Assembly: GCA_013265495.1 (NCBI GenBank)
Contig: MU057887.1
Span: forward strand, 1,313,985-1,377,984
Reading direction: 5' to 3'
DNA length: 64,000 nt
From: Vicugna vicugna
Taxonomy: Eukaryota
Numbering within the stretch: the stretch's first letter is position 1; every line of letters begins with the position of its first letter. Positions 60,001 to 64,000 of the stretch are shown here, piece by piece. The notes under the pieces were generated by a model. That model made no database searches, was not told the DNA's origin, and saw nothing but the letters and a program-made list of their open reading frames with translations. A program made the translations under genes and the position numbers.

Positions 60001-62961
60001 CAGGAAGGAAAACGCACCCGGGCACGGCCTTTGATTCCCTGACACGGAGCGTGGGCTCCCCCAGCCCATCCCGACTGGCTTGCATCCTGCCGGGCACTCA
60101 GCCCTCAGGAAGCACTTACCACCGGGGCCCACCGACCCCAGGAGGAGATCTGAGGCTGAGAGCTCAGAGGTGTGCGAAGGCCAGACTTCAGGGCACAGCG
60201 TCCCTGCCCCAGAGCAGCAGGCAAGCAAGAGCGTCCACGCTGACCCTCACTTTTCCTTCTTCCTACTCAAGAGCGTGTACAATGTCCCAACAAAAGCCCG
60301 AATGTGTCTGAGCCAGAAAACCACTGACCCCTGTCCCCATCCTTGGACCAGGAGGGGCCAGCTCTGCTGACAGCATGCGTCCTCGTCGGCCCTGCTCAGA
60401 TTCGGGAAAGCCGCCCAGCAATGTGGACAGAGAAATCCGGGGCCTGCGCACTGTCCTGCCCTCCGGCTGGAGCAGGTTCGAGGCCTTGATTGATCTCAGA
60501 TACAACAGACCCTGAGCTCAGAGGGATGGTGCCCGGGGCCATGGGGACACAGAAGTGCACAGAGCGCAGATCTGGCCTTGGGCTCCTGACCCTGCAGGAC
60601 GCTGGGTCCCAGCCTTCCCTCCTGTGCCCAGGAGACAGCTGCTGTCCCTCGCCTGCTCCTTCGTGAGAGAACGCTTTCAGGGGAGACCGTCCCCAGGGGA
60701 GAGAAGGGGCAGAAATGACCTGACCTAGAGTGCAGGTTGTAGGGGGCAGAAGAACTCACTTGGGGAAGCCCCAGGTGGGAGAGGCCCACAGGTATCTACG
60801 GGGGAAAATGTGCCCTGTGGGCTAAGACACTGGGAGGAAAACCCCACGCCGTGCCCATCCGCCCTCGAGGCCCCGGAAGTCAGCAGGAGGGGAGGCTCTG
60901 AGGGTGCGACCCCACTGCAGCCTCACACAGCAGCCACGCGAGGCTGCTCCCAGGTGGCCAGCAGGTGGTGGGCGCACCTCTCACTGGCTAATAATCGTCC
61001 CGAACAGCCACAGGAGCATCGCGTCAGCAGAAGACTCTGGGGTTTGCGACAGGACAGCCGGGAAGTTGCAAGCGTGTCCCTGGAGGCGCCCTGTCTCCCT
61101 CCAGCTCCCACTGCACCCCCCGCATCAAGCAGCCAAGCACTGCTGAGATCACGCCCCGGGAGGGTAACAGGAGCAAGGGCGGCGGGGCTGCCAGGGGGCT
61201 GCGCCACCCAGGCCCCGTCCCAGGCACCCGTGAACATCCTCTGCTTGGTCCTCCAAGTCCCAAGAAGAGCGCCGGGCCCCATGTCGCTTCAGATCTGCAC
61301 CCTGACCCCATCAGAACCTTCCTTTGCCCTCATCACAAATATGGCGCAGAGTTCCATCACAAATATGGCGCAGACTCAGAACCTGCCTGGCTTCTGTCCT
61401 AGATGATGGGGGGGCAGCTCTCACCCACAGGCCGGGGACAAAAGCTGTGGTCATCATGCAGGGTGATCGCTGCTTGTGGCCTATTTAGGGCAACTGGGAA
61501 ATGAGCCGTCCAGGGCAGGCCAGACGTAAAGGAGGCAGAGGGCTGGGTGGTGACAGACCAGGGGAAGGAGGGGGAGGGGAGGGGCCTCGATGACAGAGAC
61601 CTCAGGCCCAAGGGCAGGAGGCCCTCGCTAACCACTGCTGTGTCAATACCCTGAAAGGCAGCAGACGTGAAGGACACAAAGCACTCTTCCTCCGTGGGCG
61701 CATTTCTCACTGAGGGAGGGCCCCTTACCTGCCAGCCAAGCCCAGGCTGAGCCCTGCGGCCTTGGGGGGCGGGGGTGGGGTCTGCGGCCAAGCTCAGCAA
61801 GCGGGAGGCGCCTGGGAGCTTCCCAGGAAGGCGAGTGGTTTGCTAAAACCACAGCAGTGGAAAACGGGGCATTTTGATGCAAAAACCACCAAGGAGTTTC
61901 CTTACAAGCCAATAAACAGCAAAATAAAAGGACACCCCTAAAGCCCCCAGGCCGTCCCAGCATTTCCTTGGAGAGCCTCCTGACTCTCGGGTTTCATCCA
62001 GGTAAGAGCGGAGGAAAGGAGTTTCGCTTTGGAATTGGGTTTGAATGGCCTGGAATTTTAGCCTCCAGTAATGACTTGGCCAAGGCAGCTGTAATGAATA
62101 AACTCTTTCTGCATCCTTCTCAGTGTAGGGTGGTCTCCGGGGTCCCTGTCTCCCCGCCCAGCGCTCCCTGGGGGAGTATCCGCCCCAGCACAGGCCTTGG
62201 GTTTATTTACACAGACCCTCAACAAATGCTCATTTCCTAAATACCTTTTTCAACCAGCGTATTTATTTAAATTTCAGAGTATAAATGTCTGAAGACAGAA
62301 AAGCTGCCAGGCTCCCCCCACCGCGCCCCTAGGCTGGAGGAGGTGGGGTGGCGCCCGCCCTACCTTGTTGTAATACTGCACCTGCACCGAGTGCCACCGC
62401 CCATCACTCACGCCCCCGGGAACCTGCGGGGACACTGTCGTCGTGGTCTCACCTGTGGGGCAGGGGGAGATCCAGAGAGAAAAGACAGGTGAGCGGGCCC
62501 CTAAGGCTAAAAGTCCTTCTGACAGTCTGGACAAACGTTCTTGCCAACAACCCAGAAACATTTTTCATGGCTTTGCAAATGTCGGTCATCTACAGAGGCA
62601 GCAGCACACTTCAATGATCCCCCAATTTTTGGAAATCTGAGCTGTGTTCCCAGCATTGTAAACAACGCTGCAGTGAACATCTCTGTGCATTCGGGATCTC
62701 TCCCACAGGACGGATTCCCAGATGTGGATCCAGGGATCAGCAGGTGAGCAGGCTCGAAGGCGCTGCACGGGGTGGGCTGGTTTTAACCGACAAGGCGCCC
62801 GTGACGTGCTCTGAGGGCCACTCTTTCCGGTGCAGGAGGCTTTACCTGCCGAGAAGGTGAGCTGCACCTGCTCGTCCACGATCTCCAAGGCGATAAAGTC
62901 GTGCTTCTCGTTGAAACGGCCGTTGTAGAGCAGCAGGGCGTTCCTCTCCTGGGTGGCAAAC
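3531..62961 (-). CDS. CELSR1: CELSR1, cadherin EGF LAG seven-pass G-type receptor 1; partial spliced CDS (3' part, 32 exons, about 1550 codons; upstream exons lie beyond the window)
   Basis: All 32 exons have GT-AG boundaries, and their phases join into one open frame (4654 nt including stop). The peptide follows the CELSR1 order LamG-EGF-LamG-EGF-HormR-GAIN/GPS-7TM-tail. The tail motifs ([30 protein letters not shown], ending EKP or SNETSI) match CELSR1 as I recall it, not CELSR2 or CELSR3. Confidence 0.98.
3549..3573 (-). CDS. CELSR1: CELSR1 last exon, upstream acceptor: C-terminus (E)GSNETSI-stop
   Basis: cttcttcccacgcacag|A GGC AGT AAT GAA ACT TCA ATC TGA; in frame with the preceding exon ending in GA. 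Confidence 0.9.
4385..4646 (-). CDS. CELSR1: CELSR1 exon (about 34), cytoplasmic tail
   Basis: 262 nt; [43 protein letters not shown]...[21 protein letters not shown](E); donor GA|gtgagt. Confidence 0.95.
4971..5204 (-). CDS. CELSR1: CELSR1 exon (about 33), cytoplasmic tail
   Basis: 234 nt; [77 protein letters not shown]. Confidence 0.93.
5622..5771 (-). CDS. CELSR1: CELSR1 exon (about 32), acidic Ser-rich tail
   Basis: 150 nt; [50 protein letters not shown]. Confidence 0.96.
5965..6068 (-). CDS. CELSR1: CELSR1 exon (about 31), cytoplasmic tail
   Basis: 104 nt; [34 protein letters not shown]; tag acceptor, gtatgt donor. Confidence 0.93.
6300..6394 (-). CDS. CELSR1: CELSR1 exon (about 30), cytoplasmic tail
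   Basis: 95 nt; [31 protein letters not shown]. Confidence 0.95.
6753..6878 (-). CDS. CELSR1: CELSR1 exon (about 29), TM7-helix 8
   Basis: 126 nt; [42 protein letters not shown]. Confidence 0.95.
7604..7730 (-). CDS. CELSR1: CELSR1 exon (about 28), TM6-TM7
   Basis: 127 nt; [42 protein letters not shown]. Confidence 0.96.
9133..9212 (-). CDS. CELSR1: CELSR1 exon (about 27), TM5-ICL3
   Basis: 80 nt, found by hand (too short for the ORF track): ttttcag|GTC AAC ACA...GTT GT|gtaagt; [26 protein letters not shown]. Confidence 0.94.
9592..9704 (-). CDS. CELSR1: CELSR1 exon (about 26), ECL2-TM5
   Basis: 113 nt; [37 protein letters not shown]. Confidence 0.96.
10400..10957 (+). mobile_element. LINE-2 3' fragment
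   Basis: ctgctcaaaaccctgcaatgacttccc, ttcctccaggaagccttcctgac, terminal tgaatgaatga. Confidence 0.6.
11724..11898 (-). CDS. CELSR1: CELSR1 exon (about 25), TM3-TM4
   Basis: 175 nt; [58 protein letters not shown]. Confidence 0.96.
13780..14230. promoter_or_regulatory. Intronic CpG-rich island (intron between the TM2 and TM3 exons)
   Basis: Locally dense CpG (ggcggcggcgg, cgcggaacccgcgggg, cacgcccgcccc); judged by eye, obs/exp ratio not computed. Confidence 0.5.
16725..16925 (-). CDS. CELSR1: CELSR1 exon (about 24), TM1-TM2
   Basis: 201 nt; [67 protein letters not shown]. Confidence 0.96.
17085..17230 (+). mobile_element. L1MB-like 3' end fragment
   Basis: gagatgttggtggtga...tacttaatgcc...aatggttgagatgatgaattttatg followed by an A-rich tail. 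Confidence 0.6.
18717..18843 (-). CDS. CELSR1: CELSR1 exon (about 23), GPS motif and Stachel
   Basis: 127 nt; [42 protein letters not shown]. Confidence 0.96.
20452..20619 (-). CDS. CELSR1: CELSR1 exon (about 22), GAIN/start of GPS
   Basis: 168 nt; [55 protein letters not shown]. Confidence 0.96.
21412..21616 (-). CDS. CELSR1: CELSR1 exon (about 21), GAIN
   Basis: 205 nt; [67 protein letters not shown]. Confidence 0.95.
21698..22252 (+). mobile_element. L1 (L1MB-like) 3' end, strongly GC-drifted
   Basis: ctgtggaaaacag, cccaggtgcccatcaacagatga, aaaatgtggtccgtccacaca, gtggacggtggtgacggttgc, cttaatgctgctgagctg. Confidence 0.7.
23050..23346. repeat. 32-bp minisatellite, about 9 copies
   Basis: Unit GGTTAGCCACACTCAGGCTGGTCAGCAACACT starts at 23075, 23107, 23139, 23171, 23203, 23235, 23267, 23299 and 23331 (last partial). 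Confidence 0.92.
24826..25650. mobile_element. TcMar-Tigger DNA transposon remnant, MER44/Tigger7-like
   Basis: gaccccagtggatgcctga, aataataaaatggaacaattata, atgtgaatggggtctct and degenerate TIR ends (cagctgccttcctca...taaaggggggaagacag|ta); family recognised from memory. Confidence 0.7.
26170..26575. promoter_or_regulatory. Intragenic CpG island around exon 20 with promoter-type motifs
   Basis: Very dense CpG; NRF1-type TGCGCATGCGC 26220-26230; GC boxes 26185, 26211, 26461, 26481; ETS-type CCGGAA 26489; CTCF-like motif 26562-26575. Confidence 0.65.
26262..26405 (-). CDS. CELSR1: CELSR1 exon (about 20), GAIN
   Basis: 144 nt; [47 protein letters not shown]; donor gtaaag. Confidence 0.95.
28099..28282 (-). 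CDS. CELSR1: CELSR1 exon (about 19), GAIN
   Basis: 184 nt; [61 protein letters not shown]. Confidence 0.96.
28550..28655 (+). mobile_element. MIR SINE core fragment
   Basis: ctgtgcctcagtttccttaactgtaaaatgggg matches the MIR core. Confidence 0.7.
28952..29161 (-). CDS. CELSR1: CELSR1 exon (about 18), GAIN subdomain A
   Basis: 210 nt; [70 protein letters not shown]. Confidence 0.96.
29633..29727 (-). CDS. CELSR1: CELSR1 exon (about 17), HormR
   Basis: 95 nt; [31 protein letters not shown]; donor gtaggc. Confidence 0.96.
30387..30488 (-). CDS. CELSR1: CELSR1 exon (about 16), HormR
   Basis: 102 nt; [33 protein letters not shown]; donor gtaagt. Confidence 0.96.
30756..30814. repeat. Imperfect (CA)n microsatellite
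   Basis: acacacactcacacacacacacacactcacacacacatagacacacactcacacaca. Confidence 0.9.
30864..31047 (-). CDS. CELSR1: CELSR1 exon (about 15), laminin-EGF
   Basis: 184 nt; [61 protein letters not shown]. Confidence 0.96.
31720..31872 (-). mobile_element. Short artiodactyl-type L1 3' end fragment
   Basis: T-rich tail, then atatacatattctttttcataacaggccactacaagccattgagtatagttccctgggctat; reverse counterpart of the L1 3'UTR at 56700-56780. Confidence 0.6.
32672..32792 (-). CDS. CELSR1: CELSR1 exon (about 14), EGF/laminin-EGF
   Basis: 121 nt; [40 protein letters not shown]; donor gtgagg. Confidence 0.96.
33676..33764 (-). mobile_element. tRNA-derived SINE (camelid Vic-type)
   Basis: Minus strand gggttgggtacagctcagcggtagagcgcgtgcttagcatgcgcgagatcctgggctcaatccccagtccc plus A-rich tail; A and B boxes present. 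Confidence 0.8.
34933..35074 (-). CDS. CELSR1: CELSR1 exon (about 13), EGF-like
   Basis: 142 nt, translated by hand (not in the ORF track in this frame): [47 protein letters not shown]; cag|GG...AA|gtgagc. Confidence 0.95.
35643..35817 (-). CDS. CELSR1: CELSR1 exon (about 12), end of LamG2 plus EGF
   Basis: 175 nt; [58 protein letters not shown]. Confidence 0.96.
36753..36866 (-). CDS. CELSR1: CELSR1 exon (about 11), LamG2
   Basis: 114 nt; [38 protein letters not shown]; donor gtgcga. Confidence 0.95.
37869..38054 (-). CDS. CELSR1: CELSR1 exon (about 10), LamG2
   Basis: 186 nt, phase 0-0; [62 protein letters not shown]. Confidence 0.96.
38214..38301 (+). mobile_element. tRNA-derived SINE (camelid Vic-type) with 12-bp TSD
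   Basis: ggggagggtaatagctcagtggta...gggttcagtccccagta, A tail; TSD AATTACATGCCT at 38202-38213 and 38302-38313. Confidence 0.9.
38540..39060 (+). mobile_element. Old L1M 5'UTR/ORF1-start fragment
   Basis: gcactcaatcaaaaataacc...gaaacagaccc...gaatcatcagacacagacctgaaaataatcatg resembles the start of L1M ORF1. Confidence 0.5.
39221..39387 (+). mobile_element. tRNA-derived SINE (camelid Vic-type, long-tail form) with 11-bp TSD
   Basis: ggggggaaggtatagctcagtggtagagtg...gggttcagtccccagtact, (AATC)n, aacctgattacctcccct, A-rich tail; TSD AGATAACTTCA at 39210-39220 and 39388-39398. Confidence 0.92.
39400..40190 (+). mobile_element. Old L1 ORF2 endonuclease-region fragment
   Basis: aaagctggtgtagctatattaat, tttgtatgtgcctaataacatagcctcaaaat, ggagatttttaactcacttctctcagtaactga, aaagcaagtctcaaca; many stops and indels. 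Confidence 0.8.
41993..42020. repeat. (AC)14 microsatellite
   Basis: Perfect AC run. Confidence 0.95.
43053..43219 (-). CDS. CELSR1: CELSR1 exon (about 9), LamG2
   Basis: 167 nt; [55 protein letters not shown]; donor gtgagc. Confidence 0.96.
43285..43333. repeat. 20-bp G-rich tandem repeat, about 2.5 copies
   Basis: GGGGAGGGGGGCAGGCTCCC repeated. Confidence 0.85.
45474..45599 (-). CDS. CELSR1: CELSR1 exon (about 8), EGF-like domain
   Basis: 126 nt; [41 protein letters not shown]; donor gtgagg. Confidence 0.96.
46073..46236 (-). CDS. CELSR1: CELSR1 exon (about 7), end of LamG1
   Basis: 164 nt; [54 protein letters not shown]; donor gtaagg. Confidence 0.96.
47308..47465 (-). CDS. CELSR1: CELSR1 exon (about 6), LamG1
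   Basis: 158 nt, cag|CCC...AA|gtgagt; [52 protein letters not shown]. Confidence 0.96.
47596..48034 (+). mobile_element. MLT1-family (ERVL-MaLR) solo LTR
   Basis: tgtactgggt..., agaacgtgaccttatttggaaatagggt, cagacttccagcctccagaact, aatacatttctgttgtt..aagcc, ttgtggtatttgtta.cagcagcc. Confidence 0.85.
49150..49255. mobile_element. Possible MER91-like hAT fragment
   Basis: gtcgtgcagtgcacagcctgcacaactgtatgtggcaaccc resembles a MER91 terminus (from memory). Confidence 0.35.
50400..51019 (+). mobile_element. L1MB-like 3' end (interrupted by assembly gap)
   Basis: ggtatagacccaagagaa, ttcatagcagcactgttcacaatagc, aaattcatagacagaaagtagattagtg, ggtgatgaaaatatt, ttatgttatgtgaattt, poly-A. Confidence 0.85.
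50594..50722. other. Assembly gap (129 N)
   Basis: Run of N. Confidence 1.
52629..52664. repeat. 11-bp tandem repeat, 3 copies
   Basis: CCCCGAGGAGC x3. Confidence 0.85.
56271..56859 (+). mobile_element. 5'-truncated younger L1 (ORF2 C-terminus, 3'UTR, poly-A), artiodactyl/camelid type
   Basis: ORF 56308-56562 [29 protein letters not shown]...[19 protein letters not shown] resembles the L1 ORF2p C-terminus; typical 3'UTR and A tail follow. Confidence 0.92.
57176..57279 (-). mobile_element. tRNA-derived SINE (camelid Vic-type)
   Basis: Minus strand ggggagggtagagctcagtggtggagtgcgtgcctcacatgcacgaggtcctgggttcagtccccagtacctc plus A-rich tail; flanking AAGTTCTTTT repeats (57170, 57288) may be a TSD. 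Confidence 0.88.
57300..58330 (-). mobile_element. Old L1 fragments (3' end plus ORF2 piece)
   Basis: ttaattttagatgcacagg...gtgccctttacccagttccc; ttctggcattagggcaat, gggaagtgttcctgcctcttct, tttggtaggattctccagtaaagcca. Confidence 0.7.
58833..58884. repeat. 18-bp purine-rich tandem repeat, about 2.5 copies
   Basis: AGCGGAGGGAGGGCGAGA x2 plus a degenerate third copy. Confidence 0.8.
61331..61374. repeat. 24-bp-period tandem duplication
   Basis: CATCACAAATATGGCGCAGA at 61331 and 61355. Confidence 0.9.
62364..62452 (-). CDS. CELSR1: CELSR1 exon (about 5), LamG1
   Basis: 89 nt, cag|GT...AAG|gtaggg; [30 protein letters not shown]. Confidence 0.96.
62570..62745 (-). mobile_element. Old L1M 3' fragment
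   Basis: ttgtaaacaacgctgcagtgaacatctctgtgca...gattcccagatgtgga. Confidence 0.5.
62846..62961 (-). CDS. CELSR1: CELSR1 exon (about human exon 4), LamG1
   Basis: 116 nt, cag|G...G|gtaaag; [38 protein letters not shown]. Confidence 0.96.
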
Positions 62962-63399
62962 CTGCGGGGCCAAGCAGAAGCACATCACACAGCGGATGAC
63001 CCCGGGGTGGAAGGTCTGCAGGCAGCAGAAACCAGAGGCTGCCCAGAGCAGTTAGCCCGGCCGGGGTGGGCGAGGGCAGGGGCCACACTCAGCGAAGACT
63101 CTGGTCCCCAGGGCTCTTTTCATATGAGGGGTTGACAGTCCATAAAATCTGATCAGTGGCAGTCTTCTCTGGAAGGAACAAACCAGGTTCTAGGGGGGAA
63201 TTTGGTGACCACGACCTGTATAAGGTGAAAAGGTTCCATCTGCACAATGTTCTAGACAGATGAAATGGCCACTATACCATCGGGAAATGTTTGGACCAAA
63301 TACACATGCAGTGCCTCTTCTGCGGATGTGCCCCAGGACACAGGGATGTGGGTGCTGATGACCCCTCAGGGCCAAGTCCCTTGTCTCCACCACCACACT

Positions 63400-63730
63400 C
63401 CGGCCACACTGAGTCCTTTTGCTCCCCAGTGCTACACTCTTCCCTGCCCCCGGGCCTTTGCACCTGTTGTTTCCCACGTGGGGATCAATCTTCCCTGGCT
63501 CTGCAGCTCTCCCGTACGCCACACCAACTGTGCTTTCCCCAGCTCATTTTATCTAAATGGTGCCCCTACCCCATCAACCCCTCATTTCATTTCTGAAAGC
63601 ACCTGCTTGTTTATTTGTTTACAAGAACGTGCGATCCTGCAAGGGGAGGGACTAGGATTCTCATTCATCGCTGCATCCTGGAGACCAAAACAAGATCTGG
63701 TCCAGACAGGCGCTGAGTCAGCGGATGGAC
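63400..63730 (+). mobile_element. LINE-2 3' fragment
   Basis: gggcctttgcacctgttgtttccc, ttgtttatttgttt, gggagggact, ttcatcgctgcatcc. Confidence 0.55.
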
Positions 63731-64000
63731 GCCCGCACGCGCGAACCGACGGACGCGTGAAAACGAGCAGACTCGTCAGGCTTTAAGCATTCAGACCACT
63801 TCCTGCGACAAGAGGTAAACAGCCTCAGAAACCCTTCTCTCACCCCCGTGGTCCATCAGACCCAAGGGTCCCGGACACACCAAGTCGCCTCGACGCCTCC
63901 TCGACACCCAGGTTACAGAGAACCGGGCAAACCTCCCGAGTGAACTGGGGACCGTTTCCTGAGTGAGCTGGATGTCTCCCTCATCGGAGATTAAGTGGGG

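Noticed and set aside
3531-62961. Assignment to CELSR2 or CELSR3, or to a pseudogene
   Set aside because: Exon sizes, long introns and tail sequence fit CELSR1; no frameshift or premature stop was found in 32 exons.
284-63786. The several hundred other 60-290 aa ORFs in the track
   Set aside because: Expected by chance at this GC content; only segments matching CELSR1 exons or L1 ORF2 are interpretable.

Overview
GC-rich mammalian genomic DNA, most likely camelid (alpaca, llama or camel), inferred from tRNA-derived SINEs with camelid-type tails and artiodactyl-type L1 3' ends. The window holds the 3' half of CELSR1, the planar-cell-polarity adhesion GPCR, on the minus strand. I traced 32 coding exons with GT-AG boundaries and continuous reading phase (62961 to 3531, 4654 nt including the stop). 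They correspond to human exons 4-35, with numbering recalled from memory. They encode LamG1, EGF, LamG2, EGF/laminin-EGF, HormR, GAIN/GPS, 7TM and the cytoplasmic tail, followed by a 3'UTR of about 2 kb. Introns carry L1, L2, MIR, MLT1, MER44-like and SINE remnants, micro- and minisatellites, and a 129-N assembly gap. There is no CRISPR array, no real tRNA/rRNA gene and no supportable second protein-coding gene. I found no clearly new biological system. The best leads are: (1) a promoter-like CpG island around exon 20 with an in-frame strong-Kozak ATG that could give an N-terminally truncated receptor; (2) an unusual GPS/Stachel sequence (SHA|TSSAVLM); (3) a furin-type site in the GAIN domain; (4) tandem acceptors switching the PDZ-binding C-terminus; (5) a distal 3'UTR miRNA module removable by alternative polyadenylation.
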